In this document: positions 36,880 through 49,394 of the stretch, in pieces
Layout of the letters: the number at the start of each line of letters is the position of its first letter
How positions within the stretch are numbered: the stretch's first letter is position 1
NCBI RefSeq assembly: GCF_004010195.1
Contig: NC_057751.1
Span: forward strand, 7,578,446 to 7,642,445
Source: Chiloscyllium plagiosum
Lineage: Eukaryota
Direction of reading: 5' to 3'
DNA length: 64,000 bases
Translations under genes and position numbers: made by a program
Notes under the pieces: model-generated
Told to the model about the DNA's origin: nothing
What the model saw: the letters and a program-made list of their open reading frames with translations, nothing else
Databases searched by the model: none

Positions 36880-37155
36880 TTGCAGCCGAGAGGAACAAGA
36901 AGTGAGATGAGGAGGAATTTCTTGAACAGGAAGGTGGTGAATCTGTGGAACTCAGTGCTGCAAAGGGCTGTGGAGATCGATTCACAGAATGGATTTTTGA
37001 CAGAGACACACTCGACAGGCTCTTGAGTAGTAAGGGGGGGTCAATGGTTATGGGGAGAAAGCAGCAGAATGGGGTTGAGAATGGCCATGATCGAATGGTG
37101 GAGCAGGCTCAATGGGCTGAAAAATCTAATGTTGCTCCCACAGCCTGCGGTCTTA
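36880..37155 (+). mobile_element. CR1 3' fragment
   Basis: GAGATGAGGAGGAATTTCTT...GGTGAATCTGTGGAA...GAATGGTGGAGCAGGCTCAATGGGCTGAA. Confidence 0.75.
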
Positions 37156-37399
37156 AAAGGTAGTGGAAAAGTGAAGGATTTCCAGACCACAATTCAACTT
37201 GCCCACATGCCGTCCAGAAAACTATGTAGTTTGTGGCCACGTCTCGTGGTTGAACTCTTCCACAACTATTGTTGAGGATGTATGTTAGGTGAAAGAGTTC
37301 AGGAAAAAAAAAATTATCCAGTTCCTCTCATCCCATTGGGAATCTGAAGAGTTTTAATCAGAGGACTTATCTGGTAAATCTCTTTCAAGACATCCAGCG

Positions 37400-37850
37400 T
37401 CAGAGAGTCATACAGACCCTTCGGTCCAACCACGCCATACCGACCATAATTCCAAACAAAATTAATCCCATCTGCCTGCAATTGGCCCAAGTCCCTCCAA
37501 ACATTTCTTATTCATGTACTTATCCAAACGTCTTTTAAATTTGGTAACTGTACCCGCATCCGCCACTTCCTCTGTAAGTTTGTTTCACACACGAAACACT
37601 ATCTGTGTAAAAAAAAGCCTATCGTGTCTTTATTAAATCATTCTCCTCACAACTTAAAAGTATGCTGCCTCGTCTTTAAATAACCTCACCCTGCCATTCA
37701 CCTTATTTATGTCCCTCATGAGTCCATAAACCTCTCACCAAGTCACCCCTCAGCCTCTCTTGTAAACTCAAACTGCCTGTTCCTGGCAACGTCCTGGTAA
37801 ATGTTTTCTGAACCCTCCCCAGTTGAATAATAACCTCCTTCCAATTACAA
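37400..37850 (-). mobile_element. CR1 3' fragment
   Basis: LGRVQKTFTRTLPG..RLRGDL; tail CAGACCCTTCGGTCCAAC. Confidence 0.82.
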
Positions 37851-40129
37851 CTCAAAATTGCTCCTGAATGTGTTTCCCAGAATTGGATAAGCTCTGTCCA
37901 CTGTTTAAACACAGCTGCAGTGAATGAAGCTGGAAATTCTAGTTCTGCATAGCTTAGCAGCTCGCCTTGTGGGTTCTTATTACAGTGACGAGTACATTCA
38001 GAAAAATTGCAATAATATACCACTCGTTGCTTGTGTCTGCATTTCACAACAAGCTTCTTTTACAGCTCATACACTGTGCTATCATTTCACACAAATCTGC
38101 TTCATGAATTACCATTGCCTGATAATAGCTGATCTCCTTTCTGCAGTGATGACCCATATTCAACTACGCTTTCAGACAAATAAAAATGAGAATACATTAC
38201 ACATGAAGCTCTCCTCTGCATGAGATAGTTTTCTGCCCAGCCAGAACCCCATCACTCAGCAGACAAATGAGGATTGAAAATTGGTTCTTTGGTGAAATTG
38301 GGAATCCACCATTGGAATCTGAATGATGGTTCGCACGGTTCAATCGTCATGACGTTCCTGACCTGCCAGATGTCTGGGATGGGCGAGGGTGTACTGAGGA
38401 GAGGTGCAGACATGGATGGGTTTAACCAGCACAGAATACCCCACATTTGGTGGTCACCTGTCCACGTTGTGAGGTTTTTTGCTGTCTCACCAACTGGCTT
38501 CCCGATTTAGAAGCTGCATGGTGAGTTTTTCAGTGAAGGCTGAAGGGACTTCTTACACGGGGTGACGGGAATAATGTGGGGGGAGGTTGGGTTGGGGGGT
38601 GGGGTCTGGGTCTGGATGGGATGCTCTTCGGAGAATCAATGCAGACAAAATGCATTGCAGGGATTCTTTGATTCTGTGGGTCAACTGAGACCACTCTCGG
38701 AGAAGGACAGTTTTGATTCAGGTCATGTGTGCTTGGAAGGTGGGGGAGTTCCAAAGTCAGAAACACTCAATCCCACATGTTTACTTGGTTTCTTGAGAGA
38801 GCTGATGAGTTTTTTTCCAGTGGTTCCGGATCTTCCTTCACGCTTCAAGTATCGGTGGCATTCCGACTTCATATCACCACCTCACGCACTGCTCAATCAC
38901 CACTCGAACCAAAGTTTCAAGTTGGCCAACCCAAGTGGGCCGTTGAGACCCACCTCAAAACACCCCATGACCAGGCTTACACTGTGTCACGGACATGATA
39001 ATGCTCTGGCCATCAAATGATCATCACGGACCAATCAACTCCATGGGTTGGTTTGTTTGGGACAGTAAAACGCATTCTAAATTACGAAGCAGACATGACA
39101 GGGAGTCAACTCATTTCCGTGTGCGCAACTTACAAATGACCAGGTAGAGTCACAACAAAGTATACAGATGGCACACAGGGTCCTTGAAATCAAACTCCTT
39201 TGAAGGCTAAGTATATATGCAACACCCTACACCTCCTCCGAAGAGTCGTATCGTTTGCAACTTCAACCTGCAGATGGTGCCATACCTGCTGAGCTTTTCC
39301 AGCACTTTCTGGTTTTATAATAACCTCCAGAAAGTTTTGGATCGAGAACTATGATTTTTCAGACACTAACCCCGTTCTTAAACCAAACCAGCTGACCCAA
39401 ACCAGTCCACCTTTTCAGACTCAAATTCATCCCAATGCACACAAATGGAAGTGAACCGAAAAGTATCTGATGTTGAGGAATTTTCAATCTCTCCCTAAAC
39501 GAGTGTGGATCCACTGTATGAACTGCAGTGTGAAGGGATAGTGTTTGTTTATGAAAATGACCATTACACTGCTCTCCTGCAGTTTCATGGCAAGACGAAT
39601 CTCAGTTCAAGGTGATGTAATTGTTTCTTACATTCTCAAACAAAAGTTTATCGTTTTAACCTTGCCTGAGCTGACTCTGTTGATCTTCTTCAAGGAGACC
39701 GAAAACATTTTGAGATGGCAAAAAACTGACGATATTATGTAAACTGTTGTTGATTTGACAATTTTAGAGAATGGTTTTCAACTTCAAAACCATTATCCAA
39801 CACACTTCAATTCCAGCCTGCATTCATTCATCTGCACATTACCTGCTGACACCTGCATAGTAACACACTTCTCAAAGCTACCTGAAATCACCCAATTTTA
39901 TGCACACTCCTGAGCACCTATTCATCCATTAATAATGTGTCTGATGTGACAATGGTCCTACCTGGAAGACTCTTTCCAAGGTGCAAAAGATGGTCGTTAT
40001 AAGCTCATCAAAAGGTCATCAGTGCCCACTGCTTCCACGAGCATTGCATCTGTTGCTTCCCAGGTTAAACATCTGCTGTCAACACATCAAAACAGAACAT
40101 ATCTATGACTGGCAATGGAAGCAAAATTT

Positions 40130-40230
40130 GAAACAAAAACAGAAATTGCTGGAAAATCTCTGCAAGTCTGGCAGCATCTGTGGAAAGAAATCAGAGTTAA
40201 CTTTTCCGGTCCAATGACCGCTCCTCAGAA
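40130..40230 (-). mobile_element. Penelope-like pLTR end with hammerhead motif
   Basis: Minus strand: CTGAGGA-G-CGGTC-ATTG-GACCG-GAAAAGTTAAC, followed by CAGATGCTGCCAGAC..TTTCCAGCAATTTCTGTTTTTG. Confidence 0.7.
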
Positions 40231-41667
40231 TCGTACTTGAGTTGAATACTTTGTGTACCACAGAGTTCTCCTGATGCAATGGGACAGTGTTGCGAGGACA
40301 AGAGAGACATATCCCCTCATCACACTCCCTCAGCATTTTTTGACACAGCGAAGTATGATTTTCTGCCATGCAGGACACCCTCAAAACTTGAAGATACTGT
40401 CAAGGGAGGAAGACATGGGCTTGGATCTGGGAGAATAATGATGGTCAAGCTGTCAACATTTGCCATCATTTCTCCTCAACAACAGACAGTGACTTTTAAG
40501 CTGTACAAATGGACAGGGATCCAGATGTGAATGATTCAATGCTCCTCAGGTTATCATCTGCCTGTTGAATGCCAGACTGTAAATCATCAGAAATTACTCA
40601 GCTAACAAGGAAGAGCACATTTCATTCCTCACTCTTGAAGGAACAATGATGCATTCTCACCATGAGTGGGGTCTGCATGTCTTTAGCAGAAAGGCTGTAT
40701 GAGAAGGGGAGTGAAGCTTTATATACGCAGAGGGAGAAGTGACAAGTGTACAGCACTTGGAATTAAGGATCACAAGGGAGCTAAGTTCAATGGAACACTG
40801 ACTTCATCAGTATCCTTACAAGGTACAAGGCAATGGATCGAAAGGGCATAGGAGAGATGTGAAAGGATTGTCTATCAGGAAGCATCACTTCCTCTATGAC
40901 CAAATCGAATGCTGAGTTCTCCAGCCTGTTTACTCCCAGCAGGACAGAAACAATTCTGTTTAGTTACATGTTTAATGATGCATTTGTCAGAAGTGCAGGC
41001 ATGCAGACAAAACACTATGAAGTATCTGAGGACGCATACAGTCTTCACTGCTTCACACCAAAATGATTGCTTCAAAAAACCCAGTGACTATTTTTAATTA
41101 GATCTACAAAACAATTCTTTGCAGTGATTAGGGAATTGACTGTGAACTACAAAGGCATCTTTTTACAGCCAAGATTTCAGGCTTTTTTACTCGCAATTCT
41201 CTATCTGGAAAGTGTTCAGTTTTTTTTTTCTAAATTCCATTCTGCACCATATGATGAATGTTAGTACTAGATAAGAGGATGCTTTGTATTTCAGTGAAAC
41301 CAGCTTAGGAATGATGCAGCTCACACACAGAACGACGCTCTCTCTGAACAATCTTGCAAAGCACCCTCACTCAGCGACAAAATTAGTTTAGGTGGGACAC
41401 AACATTCTCCTGATAATGCCTCATCAATCATGCCAATGGCAGTCACAAAACAGGTTAGAAGCTGAGCAAAGATGCCACTATACCATCCCCAGCAAACATT
41501 CGCAGCAGGTTTTGCATAGGATCGATGCAAAGGTAAACTCCCTCAGTATTACCACATCAAACACTTGCAAGGCCAACACAGTGCAATGCATGTTACAAAT
41601 TAATTAATGGGGTGGTGTGATTGTCCTCGAAGGAATGATTGAGAAGAGTGGACCTCTGCTCTCTACT

Positions 41668-42243
41668 GCATTGAGTATAGAGTTGGGAGGGTACCTTGCA
41701 CATGTACAGGACATTGGTTAGGCCACTGTTGGAAAGTGTTCAGTTCTGGTCTCCCTTTCTATAGGAAAGGTGTTATGAAACTTCAACGTGTTCAGAAAAG
41801 ATTTCAAAGTCATTGCCAGAGTTGGAGGGTTTGAGGCTGAACAGACTGGGGCTGTTTTCCTTGGAGTGTTGGAAGTCAAGAGGTGACGTTATAGAGATTT
41901 GTAAAATCATGAGGGGCATGGATAGAGTGCCCAGGGCAGGGGTGCCCAAAACTGGAGGGCATAGGTTCAGGGTGAGAGGGGAAAGATTTAGAGGTAACCT
42001 TAAGGATTTTTTCACCCACAGGCGGTGGTGCGTGTGTGGAATGAGCTGCCAGAGGAAGTGGTGGAGGTTGGTACAATTACAACATTTAAAAGGCATCTGG
42101 ATGGATATATGAACAGGAAGGGATCATAGGGATATGGGCCAAGTGCTGGCAAATGGAACTAGATTAGGTTGGGATATCTGGTCAGCATGGACAAGTTGGA
42201 CTGAAGGGTCTGCATCCATGCTGTACATCACAATGACTCTATG
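41668..42243 (+). mobile_element. CR1 3' fragment
   Basis: PELEGL..RLGLFSLE..RGDVIEICKIMRGMDRV..GHRFRVRGERF. Confidence 0.9.
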
Positions 42244-42991
42244 AAAGCGGGGTCTCTTCAGGACTGAGGAAATAGGAGCAGAATTCACCTCATTGAGCCT
42301 GCTCCATCATGGGCTGACCCACGTAATTCTTCTGCTCCATCCCTTTATCTCTGTCTGTCAGGGAACCTCTCAGTATCGACCAAAATTCACAACAGAGATC
42401 ACTCTTCTTTGCACCAACATCCCCCCCCCACCCCCCAAACCCCATCAGCGTCTCATAAAGGCAACTGTTGTTACAATTGGTCTTGATCCCTTCGATACTC
42501 TCAATGCCACACCCAGCTCTCTTATCGTCTCCATGCTCATGAAACAAACAAATCATTCTTCACAATATGGTTTCATAATTGGCGTCATTCAGTTGAGCTG
42601 AGACTCATGATCCCCTTATTTGCTTTCACTCGGATCAGCGTGGGGCCTCTAAACCTCCTTCCAGCTTCCCCAAACGACGTGGTGAAATCCCACAGTTTTG
42701 TTTCCTGAGAAAGGAGGTAGTTTTGAAGTCAGGTGGTGATGCAGGTGATTCAGGGTCTTGAGCTTGCTCTGCCAACATGCACAACATTCCACATACACAA
42801 CACCAGAACTACAGACTGCAATGGTCAGGACTCCAACCTTGACAAACACAGGAATATGCTGGAGAAATATTGGCAACATCTGCGGGGCAAGAAACAGAGT
42901 CCATGTTTTCAGTACGGTTCGAGCCTCTTTCAGAACCCAGAGGGGTTGGGAAATAGGGTTTTTTTCTGAACATCTTTTGAGAGAGGCAGAG

Positions 42992-43489
42992 AGGAGAAAG
43001 TGGGGACGTTGGAGATCAGTGTTGAAAAATGTGACGCTGGAAAAGCACAGCAGGTTCCGGGGAGCACCGGTGGAGGAAGATCGAATCCAATGCGCATCCC
43101 TGGTGCTGTGAGGTAGCAGTGCTAACCACTGAGCCACCGGGAATCTTCGGCATTTATTGCATCTCATGGTGTTTTGTACTGTGGGACTTAGGGTTTCAGT
43201 GTTGATCCTGTGTGGTTGGAGGGTTCCAAGGCAGAAGATGAGGTGTTCTTCGTCCAGGCATTGGGTGGCTTGGACTTGGTGGTGGAGGAGGCTCAGGACT
43301 TGCATGTCCTTCATGGAGTGGGAGGGGAAGTTGAAGTGGTCGGCCACAGGTCGGTGGGGCAGTTTGGTGCATGTGTCCCAGACATGATGCGAGCTGGCAA
43401 TCTGTCTTCCCAATGTAGAGGATTCCACATCGAGAGCAACGGGCACAGTAGATGAAGCATATGGATGTACAGGAAAACCTCTGCTGGAT
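42992..43489 (-). mobile_element. Penelope-like element: GIY-YIG C-terminus + pLTR end, with a captured 120-bp foreign segment
   Basis: PVADHFNFPSHSMKDMQVL...EEHLIFCLGTLQPHRIN; terminal GAGAAAGTG..GGAGATCAG; possible TSD remnant GAGGCAGAG at 42983-42991 and 43490-43498. Confidence 0.82.
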
Positions 43490-43789
43490 GAGGCAGAGGT
43501 AAATGACTGAAGAAGGAGAAAAGAAAGATGTTAAATGTGCATAAACAATGGTGTGAAAGTGGGACGAATGGGTCCTCTATACTCAAAATAAAGTCAACAA
43601 GATGCAGAAACAAGGGAGTGGGGATGTGAATTTGGCCACATTATCAATGTACCTTCTCTGGGGCATTGTCAAATCCTGCAGTAAGCATTGAATGGAGGGT
43701 TTCTGACAGGGGGACAGACACCCACTCCATTACATGTCTTCCATATTGATAGAGTATGAGTTTTAAGCTGCCATCATCATATAGAACCA

Positions 43790-44121
43790 AAGAATTCATA
43801 CAGTGTGGAAACAAGCCATTTGGCCTATTAGTCCACAGCAAACCTTCCAAAGAGCATCCCACCTAGACTCCCCTTCCCTATTCTTGTAACCCTGCATTCC
43901 CCATGACTAACCCACTTAGCCTGCACATCCCTGCACACAATAGCATGGCCAATCCACCTAACCTGCACATTTTTGAACTGTGGGAGGAAACCAGACCACC
44001 CAGAGGAATCCCAAGCAGACACGGGAAGAACATGCAAACTCCACGCAGACAGTCATCCAAGTGTCAAATCCAACGTGGATTCCTGGTGCTGTGAGGTAGC
44101 AGCGCTAACCACTGAGCCACC
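43790..44121 (-). mobile_element. HE1/V-SINE
   Basis: Reverse A box GCTAACCACTGAGCCAC, V core and tail. Confidence 0.9.
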
Positions 44122-44689
44122 GGGAATCTTTGGCATTTATTGCATCTCATGGTGTTTTGTGCTGTGGGATTTGGAGTTTCAGTTATCATGGAATTAAAAT
44201 GCAAGGGCACACAAAGATTTGCATCAACTCCAGATTCAGATTTCATGCGCATTGTTCTGTATTCCAGACCAGACTCACTACCTGAAAAATATGCAAAAGG
44301 ATCAATCACAAGTTCACATTCATTAAAAATAATAAAGAAAGTTCACCACAACTCTCAAACTGAAGACGAGTAGTCATAGCAACAGAACACAGTGACTATG
44401 CATGCATCTTCCAGGTCCTGCTACAGATGGTCCTTTGAATGCAAGATGCAGCATTTCTGACTGGGGAGAGAGATTGGGCACCTACATTTGGTTCCTTAAA
44501 TATCAGAATATGATACAGACAGGAGTTGGTTGTTGTCCAATGTCAACTCTGCCTCAGTCTAACTCAAATGATAATTTCTGTAGCACAATCTGACAAAGAA
44601 GGACAATGTTGTGATGGTTTTCTCAGATTTTCATGTCCGATCACTCATATTTTCTCTCCCATACTCCTGCAGGGTTCAACTCTTCAGGA

Positions 44690-45690
44690 TTTACAAGAAA
44701 GCTCTCTTTCTGCTCTGCAATCCCAGGACAGGTACAGCATGAGGTTAGATACAGAGCAAAGCTTCCTCCATGCTATCTCCATCAAACACTCCCTGGACAG
44801 ATACAGCTCAGGATTAGATGGAAAATAAAGCTCCCTGCACACTGTCCCAGAACAGATACTGTATGTGGTTAGATACAGAGTAACCCTCCCTCTACACTAT
44901 TCCCCCATCAAATATTCCCAGGACAGGGAGGAGAAAGTGAGGACTGCAAATGTTGGAGATCAGAATCAAGAGTGTGATGCTGGAAAAGCATAGCCGGTCA
45001 GGCAGCGTCTGATGTCATCTACTGCATCTGTTGCACTCGGTGTAGTCTCCTCTACATCAAGGAGACACGACACCTTCTTGCAGACCGTTTCAGAGAACAT
45101 CTCTGGGACACCCGCACCCACCAACCCCATTGCCATGGCTGAACACCACAACTCCCTCTTCCACTCTGTCAAGGACATGCACTGCCAAACCATTATCACC
45201 CGACGCCTGGAGGAGGAACACCGACCCTTGGGACCCTGCAACCACACAGGATAAATGTGGATTTCAACAGCTTCCTTACTTCCCTCTGTCCACATTACCC
45301 CAGTCCCAAGCCTCCAACTCAACACCGCCCTCTGGACCTGTCCATCACACCCCCCTCTGACCTATCACCTTCTCCTTCACCTTCATCCACCTATCGCTTT
45401 CCCAGCTACCTTTCCCCAACCCCACCCCTCTCCCATTTATCTCTTAGCCCCGACCCATAAGCCTCATTCCTGATGAAGGGCTTCTGCCCAAAACATCGAT
45501 TCTCCTGCTCCTCGGATGCTGTCTGATCGGCTGTGATTTTCCAGCACCACACTCTCGACTTATTCCCAGGACAGGTGCAGCACAGGGTCAGATACAGAGT
45601 AAAGCTCCTTTTACAGTGTCCCTTCAAATACTCTAATGGAAAATTCAGCAAGAGTTAGACTCAGAGTGAAGTTCGAAACACTATGAAGCT
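44690..45690 (+). repeat. ~68-bp minisatellite array split by a Penelope insertion
   Basis: Unit CCCAGGACAGGTACAGCA..GGTTAGATACAGAGTAAAGCTCCCT..ACACTGTCCC.ATCAAACACT. Confidence 0.82.
44928..45560 (+). mobile_element. Penelope-like element: inverted pLTR arm + GIY-YIG remnant + pLTR with hammerhead motif
   Basis: VIYCICCTRCSLLYIKET (GIY-YIG motif); CTGATGA at 45470-45476; perfect TSD TATTCCCAGGACAGG at 44913-44927 and 45561-45575. Confidence 0.9.
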
Positions 45691-45979
45691 GTCCCAGATG
45701 AGAAAGGAAAAAAGGCGTTAGGAAAAAAAAGTAATGTTTCACCGGCACAATCCCATCAGATACACCCAGCAGAGTGAAGTTCCTTGTGAAAAAAGAAGAG
45801 AGAATGAAAGAATGGGAGGAGAAAAGCTTGCACGGCTGTGAACAATAAACAGGAGCACTGAGTCTCATTGGATAGCTCCTGCAAAGAGCTAGGCAAGGCA
45901 GAATGGGGTGAATGGACTTCTTTTGCACTGGTAACATTCCAGGATTCATTGAACCTGGGACAAATAAATAGGAATGAAT

Positions 45980-46164
45980 TAGAATCCTGACAGCGAGGAA
46001 GCAGGCCATTCGAGACCACATCAAATCCCATCCCACCCCGCCGAAAGGCAACTCACCTCAACCCACCCCTTCTTTCCTATCCCTGTAACTCTACATTTCC
46101 CATGGGCGATCCATCCTAACCTACACATCTTTGGACTGTCGGAGGAAACCGGAGCACTCGCATG

Positions 46165-46204
<40 letters not shown>

Positions 46205-46288
46205 TGTGCAAACTCCACACTGTCCACAGATCGAAACCAGATCCCTGGCGCTGTGAGGCAGCAGTGCTAACCACTGAGCAACCAGGCC
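45980..46288 (-). mobile_element. HE1/V-SINE with internal (CA)n expansion (~46167-46200)
   Basis: Reverse head GCGCTGTGAGGCAGCAGTGCTAACCACTGAGC; V core. Confidence 0.88.
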
Positions 46289-47059
46289 ACCCTGACTATT
46301 CCTGGCTGTATATTACAAGGAATGTTTAACACAAATTTTCTCACCTTATTTAGATGACAGAGGAAATAGTATTGAGTCCAGATAAAGGAAATGATACTTG
46401 TTAGCCAGGCAGGAGGACAGATGGTGCCCTTCCAGCTATTCATAAAAAAAAGCAATATTCTTTCTTTTATCCAGATGCCCACAACAAGCAAAAAGACAAT
46501 TTTTTTCTAATGATCTCTGCGGGAAATCCTCTTAAACTTAAGTTAGTAATTAAAAATGGCTTGGCCATTGAATTGGGGCCAATTGTGCATGACGCACTTT
46601 TAATTAAATTCTCTGCTTACCTTCAGAATTGCTGCTTCAGTCTGACAAGGGAGAAAAAAAAATAAGTGGAGAAGGAAAGCTGTTTTTTTTTTCGGTCTGC
46701 AGCGTGGGCCGGTGTGGGAGGTGAGAAGATGGCATGAATCAAGCCTGTAACTCAGGGTGCAAATCGAAAAGAGGTCTGAAATTAAGCCAATGCTTCACCA
46801 TATGTGTCCAGTGGATTCCAACTGGTGTAGCTTGAAATGTTACTTTGGCAATTCTTGACCATAAAAAAGGGCCGTGTGACCTTGGACTGACCTGACAACC
46901 AGGAGCTAGATTTGTTCACTGCCTGCCCTCTTGGTGTCCAATTCCAGTGAAGGGATCCGTGCTGGGTGCATCGCCTTCTCAAAGGTTGGTTTCCGTATTT
47001 GGCGTAAGGGGTTGCACGTCTAATTCAGAGATTTGGAGGAGCTCCCCCTGTCTGGGGAG

Positions 47060-47320
47060 GAGGAGGGGGCACTGAGTCTGTGGAATTCTTCACTGCAGAG
47101 GGATGTTGAGGCTGGGTCATGAAATGCATTCAAGTGTGAGATCGACAGATCTCTAATCAGTCGCAGAATCAGAGGTGACGGGGGATGGGGGGGGGGGGGG
47201 GGGGGGGGGGGGGGAAGTCAGGAAGGTGGAGCTGAGGGTTATCAGATTGGCATGATCTCATTGAACGGTGGAGCAGACTCGATGGGCTGAATGGTCAACT
47301 TCTGCTCCGACAACCTACGG
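47060..47320 (+). mobile_element. CR1 3' end containing a G28 run (47187-47214)
   Basis: CTGTGGAATTCTT...GTGGAGCAGACTCGATGGGCTGAATGG. Confidence 0.78.
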
Positions 47321-47589
47321 AGGTTGGGATGATCTGGATTAAGAGGAGACGTGACTTGGTGTGATAATTTTCTGAACAGGTCAGAGAAAACGCACAGTGG
47401 TCAAGTTAGGCCCATAAGCCTCTTTCTCCTTTGAGTCAAAGTGCTGCACACCTGAATTCGGCGACTCGTCCCATGACTTGGAAAGCTGCTCACAGCCCCG
47501 TGGCTTTCCACTTCAGTTCTGGAACAACCCATCCTGCCTCAATACTGGGCTGACTGTGCGACCCCATCACTGATCAATCAATTCACGGA

Positions 47590-47830
47590 GAGGCACTGGC
47601 ACTGGACAAGAAACCCAGAACCCCAGCCAAATACTGTGGAGACATGGGTTCAAGACCCACCATGTCAGATGGTGAAACTGAATTCAACAGACAAAAATAA
47701 TGGTGATCATGTAACTATTGTCCACTGTCTTAAAACTTTGGTTCACTGATGTCCTTCAGGGAAGGGAATCTGCCATCCTTACCTTGTCTGGCCAACTTGT
47801 CACTCCAAACCCACCACAATATGGTTGCAT
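47590..47830 (+). mobile_element. tRNA-derived SINE family B (3'-truncated)
   Basis: GGGTTCAAGACCC B box; core GGTTCACTGATGTCCTTCAGGGAAGGGAATCTGCCATCCTTACC. Confidence 0.78.
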
Positions 47831-47844
47831 CATTTTTTTTTCCC

Positions 47845-48167
47845 TTTAATCATTAATTGGATGATGGCTAGGCAGTATTTATTGCCCATCCCTAATTACC
47901 CAGAAAGCAGTTAAGGGTCTGGAGTCACATGTGACCCAGGCCAGGTAAAAGGATGGCAGTCACCTTCCTTTAAGGACATTCGGTACCCAGATGGGTTTTG
48001 CCAAGAACCAACAATGGATCCATGGTCATCATTAGATTCTTAATTCTGGATATTTATTGAATTCAATTTCCACCATCTACCATGATGGAATTCGAGCCCA
48101 GATAAGGAGGGCATCTGGGTCTCTGGATTAACAGTCCAGCGATAATGCCACTAGGCCATCATCTCCC
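47845..48167 (-). mobile_element. SINE family B, full length, antisense
   Basis: Reverse complement of 50903-51385 and 61886-62225 (ATTTATTGCCCATCCCTAATT; TCTGGAGTCACATG). Confidence 0.82.
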
Positions 48168-48531
48168 TCATACAATCCCTACAGTGCAGAGGCAGGCCAT
48201 TCAGCCCATCCATTCCACATCAAAGGGCACTCCACCCAGACCCAACAACCCCCAACCCTATCCCTGCAGCCCTGCATTTCCCATGGCCAATCCACCTGAC
48301 CTGGACATCTTTGGGCTGTCAAATATTGGCTTGAGCTGAATAAGATGCCCATCTTCCGGGAGGCACAGGAGACCCGTCACGTCTTGACCCGCTCCCAGTT
48401 GCAGTTCACGTGTCCACTTGCCAATACACCCCCTCAGATGCGCTTGAATGATCAGACCATCACTGAGTAATCGAACAGGAGCGGGAGACCATTCAGCCCC
48501 CTGTACCTGTACCGGTGAAGAGGAACAGCTC

Positions 48532-48905
48532 CATAAGACATAGGAGCAGAAAACAGGCCATTCAGCCCATCGAGTCTGCTCTGTCATTCAATCATCGGGA
48601 GGTGGAGGAATCGGCTTCTCCACCTCCTGCTGCTGCCTGGCTTGCTGTGTTCTTCCAGCCTCCTGCCTGTCTACTTTGGATTCCTGCAGTTGTTTGGTCG
48701 ACTGCCATTCAATCATGTCTGATAAGTTTCTCAAGCCCATTCTCCCACTTTCTCCCCTTAACCCTTGATATGTGAGATCCTATCTATCTCCGTCTTACAT
48801 ATACTCAATGACCTGCCTTCCACAGCCTTCCATAGATTCACTGCTCTCTGGCTGAAGACATTTCTCCTTATTGCCGTTCTAAAAAGGTCTTCCCTTTTCT
48901 CTAAC
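48532..48905 (-). mobile_element. CR1 3' end hosting a Penelope insertion
   Basis: CATAAGACATAGGAGCAGAA..AGGCCATTCAGCCCATCGAGTCTGCT tail. Confidence 0.8.
48596..48701 (+). mobile_element. Very short Penelope-like pLTR insertion with 5' fold-back
   Basis: GGAGGTGGAG...CTCCACCTCC inverted; TGCTGCCTGGCTTGCTGTGTTCTTCCAGC; 15-bp TSD CTG(T/C)CATTCAATCAT at 48581-48595 and 48702-48716. Confidence 0.78.
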
Positions 48906-49394
48906 AGGGTCCCAGGACGTGCACATTTTTAAAAAATGCAAGGCGTTCAATCTTGAGAAACAGGAGTCCGGTCTGAATGACGAAAAAAATCTAGAAATGA
49001 AGTGCCGGCCCCCAATTTCTTCTGCTCCTCCTAAAATTCTGGACCTTTCTGGACAGACCGAGGTTCTGAGGTGCTGACAGATCTTTTCCAATTTACTGAA
49101 CTGCAGTGAATCTGACCTGGATGTTCCCCAAAATAGCCAATGGGGCTATCAGCAAGTGGGTCGCAGTAGGTAGCCATTAGCAGTGGGAATCTGCCCCCTT
49201 CCCCCTGAACGCGACTCCTCATCATCCTGCAAACAGCAGGAGAATTAACTATGAAACTCTTTCCTGGAGGTAAAACAATGTCTGATTAACTGCTTTCTAT
49301 CTGAAAATGAAAGATTTCTTTCCGCTTCCCCCCCACCTTAGCTAAGGGATATGCAGCAAAGCAATTGTTCCATTTCAGCTCCCTTCACATGAGG

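Noticed and set aside
38729..38998. ORF containing SSGSGSSFTLQVS, reminiscent of Ig V framework 3
   Set aside because: No DxAxYYC, no properly spaced Cys/Trp, no leader or RSS; chance similarity.
42649..43446. 265-aa ORF
   Set aside because: A chance read-through of Penelope, SINE and pLTR pieces; only the GIY-YIG part is protein-derived.
44690..44927. CRISPR-like repeat spacing
   Set aside because: Units are whole degenerate tandem repeats with no unique spacers; eukaryotic context, no cas genes.
47187..47214. G28 run as a functional G-quadruplex
   Set aside because: A homopolymer expansion inside a CR1 3' end; its length is also error-prone.
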